From Massalongia carnosa (taxonomy: Eukaryota), in assembly GCA_965645245.1 (NCBI GenBank), contig OZ287068.1, positions 2,604,001 to 2,668,000 on the forward strand: a stretch of 64,000 nt of DNA, read 5' to 3'. Under the pieces are notes generated by a model, which was not told the DNA's origin, did no database searches, and saw only the letters and a program-made list of their open reading frames with translations. Numbering within the stretch: the first letter of the stretch is position 1; every line of letters starts with the position of its first letter. Positions 13,159-24,370 of the stretch are shown piece after piece. The translations under genes were made by a program, and so were the position numbers.

Positions 13159-14336
13159 TGATGCGCTGGCTTGGGAATAAGTATCTTTTCCACGGTTGTG
13201 GGAATGACTTCTAGGTAAGGTCGTGGGGGGGTTTAAGACATGGATGGGAGTTAAACATGCAATCTGTCCACAAAAAGTTCCCCCACACTTGGGTCAGCAG
13301 AGCGAAGTAAAGCCAAAGATTAAACAAGGGAAGATCTAGATGCCGTGATCGTTGATCTGCATGTGTTTATTTATATCAAGCATGGCGTCGCGCTTCGAAA
13401 AGCCTGGACCCTCTCCCTTAAACCCCTAAACGCTAACGTCACATGACTTTTCAGCGATGCATCATCACGTGATAACTACCTCCATCGTATTCGCATCGGT
13501 GATCAAACAAATACCAACTCGGACTACATTCGTGTGTTCCTGTGTATCTCTATGTGTTTTCTCTAACAGCGGGTTGTGCATGACCTGTTGTCCACTTGTC
13601 TGCCCTTTTAGCTATCTAGAGAAAGAAGAAATAGAAGCTAAATATTGGTGAAAAAGCCAGGGTGAGGCGCGGTTATCTTACTGAGTGTAGACTTTTGGCT
13701 ACACATCTCCTGTCTTTCCATATAGGAGGTGAGGCACGAGAACTGGTTGTAGTCCTGTTATTTGGCTTTCTGGAAAAGTGAAGCAGTGAAAACATTTACT
13801 TTTTGTTAAGATATCTTGATGCTTTAGATTCTATTCGGTATGCTTCCTCTTTTGTTTTGGCATCTTGTATCTAGTAACCCTTTTGCATGGCCTTTCTATA
13901 CGATCAGCCGGATGGAGCAATACCGTGTTCACTGGAAAAACTGCCTCCACCAAAGAGATCCCCAAGATCTGTCGCTTCCCGGTGAACGTTTTTGATAATC
14001 TTGAAGTCCTGGATAACCCAGTGTAGAGGCTGCATGTTTTCAGTTGTTAAACAATTCATATTTTATATGTGTAGGGAACTGTTGTCTCAAACATTCTGTG
14101 TGATTCTACAACGACGCTTGTTCCGATCACATTATCAGAACGTCGATACAATCCTCGTTTATCTTATTAGCGTCGAATATTTCCCACATTTGGCCTTTTT
14201 TTTAAAAAAAAAACAACACACCGCGATCAACCCACACAAGCAATCTCCAACTTTCCATCAACCAAAAGGTTCATATTTAGATGTAATTTTTCTAATACCA
14301 TGCAATTGTGAACAAAAAGTTGGCCAATTCTTAGCC

Positions 14337-15495
14337 ATGCCTTCTTTTTCTTGTAATGTTGGCAAGGGGAGGTGGCGGTATAAGTTCGGTTTTCAGTATT
14401 CCCTTGGATTTCATAGAAACCCCTCAAATCCAGATCTGGGTTTCATACCTCTTACCCTGGTTGAGGAGTCCAATATTACTCTCACTGCGACTGATAGCCA
14501 CGAAGATCTGCAGGGGAGCGCTGCTGTTGTCGGTGATGATGTATACTTTGAACGGGTGAAGTATAGTTAGCAATGAGTTCTAATAACTGATAGGCATCTC
14601 AACAATCCAGCGATAAGATATTTGACGATGAAAAGGCACCTGGCAATAAGATAACCGACAATAGGACATCCGAGGACGAAGCATCTAGCAAAGAAGACAC
14701 CTGCTACTTTCTTAAGATATCTCAAGAAATAAGGCAAATGATTTACCGCCACCTCCTGGTTTCTGCGGAACCAATCGTAGGGGCCGAAAAGCTAATTGGC
14801 GATCAGACTGCAGTGCTACTGAGGAATTATCATCCCATCCCAGACATCGACGCGACCATCCTGAGAACGTGCAGAGCCGTGTATGAAGAGGGAGTCAATA
14901 TTCTTTATAGATGGAATAAGTTTCATTTCTCGGACAGCAGGGCCATCAAGATCTTCAAAGAGACTCATCTTCTTAGCCGAAGTTGCCTGCCTCCCCAAAT
15001 CAAGTATTACGGCAGATTGGCCTTGCTACGGTCGGTCAGCCTCAAAATCGCCCACCCGAACGGCGCCGATATGATGAACCTTAACGTCCGTCGGGCATTC
15101 ATCTGGGGAACCTGGTTGACCGAGTTTTTCAGCGTGGAGGGCCGTCTCAATCGTTACAGCTCCGCCTACCAGGTTGGATTCCCCGCCTTGGAGAAGCTGC
15201 GCCTGGACTTCACCGACTGGCAACTAGCCGCCGACGAAGGCCTTCGCGTAAGTTTCCACCCACCTATATTCGCCTCATCCAACCCCACCCACGAATCCCC
15301 TTGTTCCGCACGTAACGTTTTTGTCCGCAAACGGGAACACACTAACTCCCCCAGGTCGCGCCTTTCGTGGCCAAACTCGGGGAATCCGGCGGTCTGCAGG
15401 AACTTGTCATCATCGGCATCAAGCACGAGTGCACCCTCGAAAAGCTGCGCGACGGGCTGGTGAAGGAAGGGGGGAGTTTTCATGTCGTTAATTAA
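14337..15495 (+). CDS. Hypothetical protein with an F-box-like 'FLxxxxEIRxMIY' motif
   Basis: In-frame YFLKISQEIRQMIYRHLL, ILRTCRAVYEEG and LYRWNKFHF, typical of lineage-specific fungal proteins. 3' intron ~15248-15354; the 5' exon structure is uncertain. Confidence 0.55.
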
Positions 15496-15807
15496 CCCCC
15501 CCCCCAAAATTCCCCGGGGCACAAGAAGGGGAGAAATATTCTATATCCTTAACTAGTCTGTTAGGTGGACAGATGGCGAAGCGAAGTCGGAGGGGGAGGA
15601 AGGGGGGCGGGCGAATGGTCGCCTACGTTAGGATTCGATTTCTGCTGCCTATGGTAGGAACTCCTTTGTGTCGATATTTACGAGGAGGATTAGTAAAAGG
15701 AAACGACGACGCGTAGGGCCCAGTAAAGCTGTCAGGGCCGTGCCTTCTAGCACCTATGTAGTTAAGTAACAAAATAACCATTTCGCATTCGATCGTGATA
15801 ATAGGCT

Positions 15808-15935
15808 CTAAAAGAAAAAAAAGAAAAAAGAAGAAAAAAAGAGAAAAGAGTGGAAAAAGGAGGGGGAAAGGGGGAAAAAAGGGAAAAAAGGAAAAAAGGA
15901 AGAAAAAAGAAAGAAAAAAAGAATAGAAAAAAAAA
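15808..15935. repeat. A/G-rich low-complexity tract
   Basis: Runs of A interspersed with G. Confidence 0.8.
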
Positions 15936-16957
15936 CTTGAATGATATCTAAGCAATAGCAGAGTTTCCCAGTTACGGAAAGAACGATAGGGATCGAGAAA
16001 TGAAAAAGAAAGCAAGCAAAATGCCTAAAAAAACCATCTCATTGGCCGAAAGCGACGGATACATAGATAACACGAGGCAGAGAGAGAGATAATGCCCTTT
16101 TTGAGAAAGGTTTTTCTCGATTTGGGGGGGATAGTTGGTTTGGCTTTCCCCCAATTCCATTTCATTCCCGTCCCAGTTATAAATAAGCCTTTCTCTGCGA
16201 TCCGAACTGGTCTCTCTTTCCTGATCTTTCGACCTACAGTCTCCTTCCTGCCCGCTTGTCATCCGCTTTCATTACGCATCTTTCAAGTCATTCCCCATCT
16301 CCGAGTCTTCCTATCTCTCTCACTTTTTATTTTTTCAAATAGCCCTAGAGTAATATCGTCTACACTACTCCATACATCAACAAAATTATCATCTCCCACC
16401 TCTCCTATACCTTCCCCCTTATCAACCTTCTCCTCATCCACCTGCCATAGCCTTCCCTTCCTTAGGATAATCCTCGATCTCTTCCATCATGCAAAGCCGA
16501 CGAACGGCAAGTAGGTGCTGAGGAGTCAGTCATTCACTAGTCAGGGGTTTGGGACGGAGAGAATTGGAGTGATTTATCCCAGAGAAGTACTTCCGTTGTT
16601 TTTGGATCATCGAATGGAGAGTTGGTCTTGGAAAGGCTTGGTCTTGGAACTCTTCTATTTAGTGGATTCAAGAACCAGACATTGCTTGCATAAGAGTATC
16701 CCAGTATGCCGGGTCGGAACTCAACGAAGCTCGAGATCCTGAAAGGACGGGAGAAAGTGCCCCTCGTGTCTCCGGAACCCATAGGAGATCATGTAAAGCT
16801 TCATGATATCTGCCCTGCCAGTCTCAAAGCAAAAAAAAAAAATCTCAATCATTTGAACTAGCGAACACCGGGAGGAGAAGGCTCCTTTTGCATGAACGTT
16901 CCTCTGTGAGATTAAACCCACTATCTATATACATATATCGTAGCTAGATTCGTGTAT

Positions 16958-17280
16958 TCATTTTACAGGTTCTACAAGTTTTACGAATCTTTTGGATTTT
17001 GCAGAGTTTTCAGATTCTGCAAAAGGTCTTGCAGATCCTGCAAATCATTTATATTCAGCAGGTCTTGCAGATTTTGCAGATCTCGCAAATCTTCTTGCAG
17101 ATTTTGCAGAATCTACAGGTCTTTCGGATTTTGCAAGTCTTTCGGATTCTGCAAAAGATCTTGCAGATTCAGCAAGTCGTTCAGCTTCTGATGATCTCGC
17201 AGGTCTTCTTGCAGGTTTTGCAGGTTTTTCGGATTTCGAAAGTCTTTCAGATTCTGCAAATCTTGCAGAAGTAGTTTTTT
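16958..17280. repeat. Degenerate 9/12-nt tandem minisatellite overlapping the 3' end of the Hsp70-fusion ORF
   Basis: Repeated ttttgcaga/tcttgcaga/ttctgcaaa units; all three plus-strand frames translate as 3-residue periodic peptides. Confidence 0.85.
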
Positions 17281-19951
17281 CCGGCTTTTGGCAAAGCACA
17301 CGCCAGCTCTTCCGGACATCAGGCGTAATAGGGACACAGGAGCCCCGCTGAATTGTCAAGAGTCCTGCCGCTGAACGGTCCAGCTGTAAGACAACGCCCT
17401 TTGAAGGCGGATCATGAACGATGATCTCGAGGAAAACGGATTCGTTCACATTTATATTGAGAGTAAGCGCGAATTTTCGGGTCGTCTCTGGTTTCAACTG
17501 AGACGGCAGCAAAAACGCTATTTCGAAGAAAATTCGAGGTGCTTCAGCATCGTGTCTTTCGGTGGTGAAGAATTGCAGCAAAGCACCTTTTTGATCGGGA
17601 TGTGTCGTCAACAGCTCAGCTTTTTTATAGGTCGGAATATGATCGTGGTACGAATGCATTAGGTACATGTTTGTTGAAGCATTTTCAGGGTTAACAGATG
17701 CGAGCAAGAAATTCGAACGCAATGCTTCAACGATCAGTATTTGCGAACCCTTTTCGCTGTGCACATCTACATGATCAAGAGCAATACCTAGCACAGGGAA
17801 CTCCAATGGATCAATTTGACGAATTACCGTAACCAATCCGTTGGATACGGAAACATCCTTACTAAGTTGCAGCAGACGATCTCGAAGGCCTGGGAGATTT
17901 ATCAACTCACCGAGAAGAATCACCTCGCTAATATTTACCTTTTTATCTTTTTCGTACCTGACCAACTGCTCCAAGCAATCTCGAATGCTGGGGATCAGAC
18001 TTTCATCTACAGCATTTTTTAACTGCGTCTGAAAGACGCGAACAGCAAGTTCCGACCCTTCATGGAAGGAATCAAGATAAATGTCAACTTTATCAGCTGA
18101 CATTAGCTGTCGTCTCGCATCTTCAGCTGCTCTGCCAAGTCGAATTAATCCGCGGCCTGAGAGCGATTCGCTAATCTCCGGATTGTTCGCATAAAAATTC
18201 GAGCGCAAAAGCGTACCAATATGGTTATCTACCGATAATTTTTCATGAAAGTGGGCGGCCGTCCATTTCCAGTCAATGACACCGGAGTCACTTTCATACA
18301 ATGTGCATTCGCAACCATCAACTCGTGCAGATATTACTAGAACCAAAGTACTTTCCTCTTTTCTGTTTCGTAGTTGTTGGCGTGTGTAATTGTAGAGAGC
18401 AGCGGTAGAGATTTCCCGTGTCCTGAGCACAACGTTGGCAAGAAGAGCTGCATTGTGTAATGCCTCCATGACAGGTATATGCCGAGCAGATTGGCTGGCG
18501 AGAAAGATTCGAGAAATAATATCTCCTAATGTGACTTCCGCTACACGGACTAATTTCTTAAGCAAGAAAGCCGTGAGTTCTTCAGGAGAGTAGTACTTTT
18601 GGCGGCAAGGGGCAAAAAACGCCGGTTTGCCTTCTATGTTGCTGATGCGGAAACAAGAGTTTTCCGCAAGGATGGAGGTAATTTTATCGGTAAATCGACT
18701 TCCAAGTAAAAGTGTGAAACCGGAAAATGTATTTTCAATATTTCTCGATGCTTGGTTTTTCGCATCCTCTCCAACCAATATGTTATCATGGGTAAAGGCA
18801 ACATAGGCAGGGGTGGACCGGTTCCCATGTTCGTTCGAAAGAACAACAGCGTCTCCGAGTTCGGAGTCGTACGCAGCTACCCTACCGCAGCCGAACCCAA
18901 GCTCAATCCCTACATAGCCCAAATTTCGAGAGACGTGTTCGGCAGGCTTGAAAGGTGGAAACAAGTCTTCGATAGTGTTGATAGTACGTTTCCCAGTTGA
19001 AGATGTTTCCACCAGAGTGGAACGATCACTCAAGCTTGTCCTATTGCTTTTGTCAACCTGACCATTATTCGGCTGGTCGTTGACGTGTTGAGAAAAAGCT
19101 GCGAGATTACTGGGCTTTCCAGTCGGACTTGAACAGGTCGATTCGCTATCGCTTTCCATGGAAGGCTGAGGTGGGTATCTAATGGGGAGGGTTACGGAAC
19201 CAATAGAGGGTCCGTTAAGAGGGTTGGGATCGCCAAAAGCTCCATCCAGCCGAGTTGGATATGCCGTTGAATCCCCTCTAGTACCTAAAGAAGGCCCAGG
19301 TTCATGTTCCTCAAAGTCCCCACGATCCACAAGCTCGCGTATATACAATTTTATCTCGTCTTTGTGTTTCTGGATCTCATCCATGCTGAAATCGTCTGAT
19401 AGTTCATTCAGTAGCAACCGCCACGAATTTTCCTGCTCGAGGACGTCGGCATCATCACAGAGGGAGACTATCGAGGGCTCGTGACAACCAGCACGTATCT
19501 GCGCGGCCAAGTCATCTATCTTCTTCTCCATTCGGCGGAGGGAAGTCGTCTCTAGAGTGGTCAAAAATAGTGTTAAGGAAGAGGTATGAAACATTAGCTT
19601 GTTCCGAATCTCCTGTATACCTTCAGAGCCGAACTTGACTCGATCCCAAGCGCGCTTCTGATTGGTTCCAAGACTTCGATATCGAGTGAGAAGTTGCTGC
19701 AACTCTTTTAGAACCTCGATACAATTCTGAACGAGAACATTGAGCGTCCTTTTCTTGTCTTCCTGATTACTGTTAAGTATCGAGTCCTTGTCCTCGCATT
19801 CATCTTGGAGTTCGCGAAGACTAGTATGCAGAGAAATGACCTCGTTTCCTACCTCACGAAATTCTGCCGATGCACTCTTACAGTCTTTGTAGACGTTCCA
19901 TGCCAGACTCGTCAGGGTAAGGAAGTCGGTGACTCCAAAGCCAAACGACAT
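17045..19951 (-). CDS. SesA/HeLo-like fungal N-terminal domain fused to a degenerate Hsp70 (968 aa, intronless)
   Basis: The N-terminus MSFGFGVTDFLTLTSLAWNVYKDCKSA...WDRVKFG resembles fungal STAND-associated N-terminal domains. From about aa 345, GIELG, GNRSTPAYVAF, VGEDAKNQ, SPEELTAFLLKKL and IPTYKK..DQKGALLQFF align colinearly with the Hsp70 NBD and SBD-beta. Confidence 0.85.
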   Translation of the reverse strand: MSFGFGVTDFLTLTSLAWNVYKDCKSASAEFREVGNEVISLHTSLRELQDECEDKDSILNSNQEDKKRTLNVLVQNCIEVLKELQQLLTRYRSLGTNQKRAWDRVKFGSEGIQEIRNKLMFHTSSLTLFLTTLETTSLRRMEKKIDDLAAQIRAGCHEPSIVSLCDDADVLEQENSWRLLLNELSDDFSMDEIQKHKDEIKLYIRELVDRGDFEEHEPGPSLGTRGDSTAYPTRLDGAFGDPNPLNGPSIGSVTLPIRYPPQPSMESDSESTCSSPTGKPSNLAAFSQHVNDQPNNGQVDKSNRTSLSDRSTLVETSSTGKRTINTIEDLFPPFKPAEHVSRNLGYVGIELGFGCGRVAAYDSELGDAVVLSNEHGNRSTPAYVAFTHDNILVGEDAKNQASRNIENTFSGFTLLLGSRFTDKITSILAENSCFRISNIEGKPAFFAPCRQKYYSPEELTAFLLKKLVRVAEVTLGDIISRIFLASQSARHIPVMEALHNAALLANVVLRTREISTAALYNYTRQQLRNRKEESTLVLVISARVDGCECTLYESDSGVIDWKWTAAHFHEKLSVDNHIGTLLRSNFYANNPEISESLSGRGLIRLGRAAEDARRQLMSADKVDIYLDSFHEGSELAVRVFQTQLKNAVDESLIPSIRDCLEQLVRYEKDKKVNISEVILLGELINLPGLRDRLLQLSKDVSVSNGLVTVIRQIDPLEFPVLGIALDHVDVHSEKGSQILIVEALRSNFLLASVNPENASTNMYLMHSYHDHIPTYKKAELLTTHPDQKGALLQFFTTERHDAEAPRIFFEIAFLLPSQLKPETTRKFALTLNINVNESVFLEIIVHDPPSKGVVLQLDRSAAGLLTIQRGSCVPITPDVRKSWRVLCQKPEKTTSARFAESERLSKSEKPAKPARRPARSSEAERLAESARSFAESERLAKSERPVDSAKSARRFARSAKSARPAEYK

Positions 19952-20740
19952 TCTGGCAGAGCGTTTCTTGCAGGACCTTGGCTATGATCGGATGGAACCG
20001 ATCGTTGAAGGTTTTCATGTCAAGGCTGAGTAGAAAACCGAAACCGAAACCGAAACGCTGTAAGTTGTGTATGTTATAAGTCTCATACTATAATTCTTCA
20101 TACATACGACGGCGCGATGTACCAACTTAAAATACCTAACGATCATAACATATCTGATGGTAATTGTAGGGCGTTTGGTAATCCAAGGTCTCCTCGTGTA
20201 GGGCGAAATATATCCTACTTTCATCTATTCACCACTGACACACTGAGGTTACATTCAATGTCACGTAATTGTAACAAAACTATTCCAAACAACAGACTGT
20301 GACTGATGATGGAAACCGGTTATTTCATAAGCAGGGTTTGAAAATACCCCAACGATCACGTGTTCAAAACAGAACGGGAGATGCAACTGCAACAATCAAA
20401 GATTTCCTTCTCCTCGACCAATTCGAATGAAACATATAAACACCAACTCATGATGTCACGAATTACGACACCGAGCTCTTGCGCAGAGCAATCCCCTCAC
20501 GACGAACATGTAGAAGAATATGACGTTGCTTGGGCGGGAACGGCGGGGAGAGGATTGGCATTTGACTTGCACATAACCAAACCTTTCATTTACTTCCCCT
20601 CCTTTTCCTGCCGACTTTTTCAAGTTTTGAATTCATTGTTTCTCCATCTTCTTCGCCATTATTCTTTTAAATCAACCTTTTCAACATTTCAGATATTTTA
20701 ATCAAAATACCCATTCTTGGCCCCCTTTCATCAGTCGGCA

Positions 20741-22386
20741 ATGGCTCCCAAGTTATTTCAGCTCCAATGCTCTTGTAACATACCTCTCCCCTACCCTCCC
20801 TCCATTTCCTTCCCTCTATTTCCGTCCCTCTACCCCCCTTAACCCCAAGCCGACTAGTCAACCAACACCTTTTCCATACAGAACTCCCCCTGGGCACACT
20901 TGGCCATTCTTCCCTCGCCGCGCGTTTCTGCGCCGCAACCCCCAACCCATCCTTTCATATCGATAGCCAGAATCCGTATGCGGAAATTTGGATGGGAGAT
21001 TATCCGGCGCTGCCGGCCCGGGTCCTGGAGACGGGGGAGACGCTAGGGAGCGTGCTGGAGGGGAAAAGGGGGAAAGAGTTGCTAGGTGAGAAGTGTGAAG
21101 CAAGGTTTGGAGCGGTACTACCGTTTTTGCCAAAGGTGGGTGTTTTTTGCATTCTTTGCGGAAGGATTTTCGGGTAGTTGGAGTGGAGAGAGAAGGAGTA
21201 TTGTGTGGATCGATTGGATGGGAATAAAAAATGGATACCAGGAGTTTTCATTCTAGCCCACATCCCTTCCTGTTTTGGAGCTGCCCGGGAACATAGCCCC
21301 TCATATCCTACTAACTCTTGCAGATCCTTTCCATCCGGCACGCACTCCCCCTCCAAATCCACCCAAACAAGTCCCTAGCCGCCACACTGCACGCGCGCAA
21401 CCCCTCCAAATTCACCGACCCAAACCACAAGCCCGGAATCGCCATCGCGCTAAGCCCGTTCGAAATCTTCGCTAGCTAGAAGCCTCTCGCCGACATCGAA
21501 ACGCTATTCCGCAGACTGGAGCCCCTGAAACCATTCCTCCCGGATGCCGATCCCGCGCGCCGCTTCACAGACGATACGCTCCGGGGGATTTGCCGGAACC
21601 TACTCAATGCGAACGAGTAGAGCGTGAGGGAGACGCAGGAGGCACTGGGGAGAGTGAGGCGGGAGGAGTGAGGGAGTTAGGTCTATATTATGGATCTTCT
21701 GCCCCGCTTGCAGGAGTAGTATTCCAAGGAGGACTCGGGCAATCTAGTGGCGGTGCTGTAAGTAACACCCCCGTTTTCTTTCTACCCAACATTATCCTCA
21801 TACGAGAAATCCACGCGGGGCGAGCGGGTTCCTGCATGGGAAAACTGGAAGATGATCCAAGACAATGCGCAGGACCATGAACTTCCTCACCCTCAGCGCC
21901 AGCGATGCGATTTACATCCCCGCCGACGCCCCGCACGCGTACCTGTCCGGCGACATCGTCGAATGTATGGCGCGCTCCGACAACGTGCTGAACACAGGCT
22001 TCTGCCCGCGCGCCGAGCGCGACTCAATCGAGCTCTTCACCTCCGCCATGACGTTCGCTCCGCACAGCGCCGACGACGTGCTCCTGCCGTCCCGCACCAG
22101 CGCGCGCGGGAAACACGGCCGCACGACTGAGTATCAAACCCCGATGAGCGAGTTCGACATGCTGAAGGTCGGGCTGGGAGCGGGCGAGACGGAGGTGGTG
22201 GGCGCGGTAGGAGGGCCGAGCGTGGTTTTTGCCGTGGCGGGGAAGGGGAAGATGCGCGCTGAGGGAACCGAGAGGGAGGTTCGGGCTGGGTGGGTGTTTT
22301 TTGTTGGGGCTGCGGTTGAGCTTGTGCTGGAGGCGGATGGGGAAGAGGGGGAGGGCTTGGAGGTTTATTGGGCTTTTGCTGAGTAG
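20741..22386 (+). pseudogene. Mannose-6-phosphate isomerase (type I PMI) paralogue pseudogene
   Basis: Motifs PYAEIWMG, LPFLPK, LQIHPNK, DPNHKP, HAYLSGDIVECMARSDNV. In-frame TAG at 21477, 21618 and 21717; 1-bp frameshift near 20893; KPE changed to KPG. Confidence 0.85.
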
Positions 22387-24175
22387 ATAATGATTGGGGG
22401 GAATAACTTGCGAGAGAAATGGCCAAGGCATAATAATATGTACGTCCATTCGCAAAGATCCCAGATCCCTTTAGTTATGAAGAGCCCTTCCTTCTCCTCT
22501 CGATTCCGAGATTATACCATCCCAAAAATCATATATATATACCACTTTCTCCCTCTCTCTCAACAAAACCCCCCCAAACTGCTACCTCTTCGTTATAGTG
22601 GCGATACCTAAACCCCCCCCCCCCCAAAAACACAAAATAAGGTTCTTGCAAGCTAGAAACCGATACAGATCGTATGTGCTCGAGACATACCACTCCGCTT
22701 CCTCCCCTCCTTCCTCGTTCTCGTGCCGTCTAGTAATCAATACAGTAAACAAAACCTTATATCATCTAACCCCCCCTCCCTTCTCCATTTTGCAGAAACA
22801 CCAACACCAAGCCGGGTCGGGCTGGGGCCCCCCCGGCCTTTTTCGAAATTCGCCTTGCCGTAGTGGAAGGGGGGGGGGTGTTCTGACAGTGAAAGGGGGC
22901 AGATGCGAGGAAAAAACGCGTGAAGAGCCTCAACCTCCGAGGGTTATATGCCAACGCTGATTGTAGCAAGGACGAAATAATGAGAAAAATTGTGAAGCGA
23001 TCCCGATTCCGCTGATATCAAACACCATTGTCGTGGGTAATGCCGCCGCCTCAGCAACCCCTCTCCCCCACATCCACCATGTGAACATGCGTTCGCGGCT
23101 GCGATCAAGGGCGGAAAATCGACGCCCACACAATCAACCCGTGACGCCGCTGTTTCTGGTTGCCGCGCCGCGAACATGACTTCGTTCATTTGCACATGGT
23201 CTGCCTTTGTAGGAAATTGAATGCTCACAACAAGCAAACCCTTCACAGATCGTTTCCAGCTAGAACTGCACAATCTCTCGTCTGGAAAGGGCAAGCTGTG
23301 CGTGCATGCACTCTTTCAAATAACCGTAAGGTAGCGAAACAGCTAAATGGCTAGATCATACGTTCGCCAGTTCAGCGCCACCATTTGCGGCCCAACCCCC
23401 CAGAAACTCATCGGCTCGGGATTTGTAGAGTTGATACGGTACCCAGCAGGATACATACGCATCAGGTAGCGCATGCATATTGTGCTTCTTCGGGCTATGG
23501 TTTTATGTCTAGGTCATGAACAAAATGTCTCAAATCAACGCCCAGTGAAAGACAAGAGGTGGTTGTAAGTCTTGCTTTCCGGCAATCAATAGTCTTTGAA
23601 CTTGTGCCCCCCGGGAGTAGACGCTCTTCGCTCACCCATAATATCCGCCCCCGTCAACGGCGTTTGGCTCAGATCTATGGAGCAGAAAACCCACGAATTG
23701 AGTAGAGGGCGGGGCGGGGCTTGTTGGCTTTCCTCTTTTTTTCCTCGGTGGGTGGATCAGAACAGGGTTGCTTGATTTGGAGTGGATGAAGGAACCACCC
23801 GATCTAGGAATCGTTTTGGTTGGGCTAGGGTTACCTAAATGGATAAACCCAAGGACACAGGACTTCAAAAGCGGTACTTCGAGCCAATCGGGCCGCTTGT
23901 GGATAGGTAGGTAGATTGAGGGCTTTGGTTGATGGCTGTGGTTGGGAGGGGAGGTTGAATTGAGATATGACACCTAGGCCTAAGTGGGAGGAGCTATTTG
24001 TGAACCAAGTCCGCCGTAGCCGGCTTTTCCAGATTCTACCTGAACTTCCTCAAAAGTACATTAGCGATGCGCGCAGGTTTTTTGGTTTTGCCACAACCAG
24101 GAATGCGGAATTGCGCATCTGGCCGCTTTTTTACGGTTGTTGGTGATGTGAGGGAGGGGGGGGAGGCTTAGGTGC

Positions 24176-24370
24176 GCTTAGGACCTGAATTCAGGCGGTC
24201 ATTCGGATGCGAAGAGTAAAAACCCTGGGTTTGCTTTCGTGCTTGGAACTGAAATTTAGGTGGTCATTCGGAGGCGAAGAGAAAAAAACCCTAGGTTTAC
24301 TTTCATACTTAGAACTGAAATTCAGGTGGTCATCCGGAGGCGAGAGAGAAAACAATCCCTTTCCTTCATT
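24176..24370. repeat. ~65-66-bp tandem repeat, about 3 copies
   Basis: Units of the form gctt.gaactgaaatt.aggtggtcattcggaggcgaagag.aaaaaccct.ggttt.ctttc.t recur three times. Confidence 0.85.

Noticed and set aside
15972..16921. Short ORFs downstream of the Hsp70 fusion as a partner gene
   Set aside because: No recognisable motif or coherent exon chain; cannot be supported by eye.
16952..17351. Three plus-strand periodic ORFs (Cys/Arg-, Gln/Leu- and Asp/Ala-rich)
   Set aside because: Antisense shadows of the minisatellite.
22940..23020. Possible C/D-box snoRNA (CTGA motifs)
   Set aside because: No convincing box C, terminal stem or recognisable rRNA guide.
24176..24370. CRISPR-like repeat array
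   Set aside because: Eukaryotic DNA, and the units are contiguous with no unique spacers.
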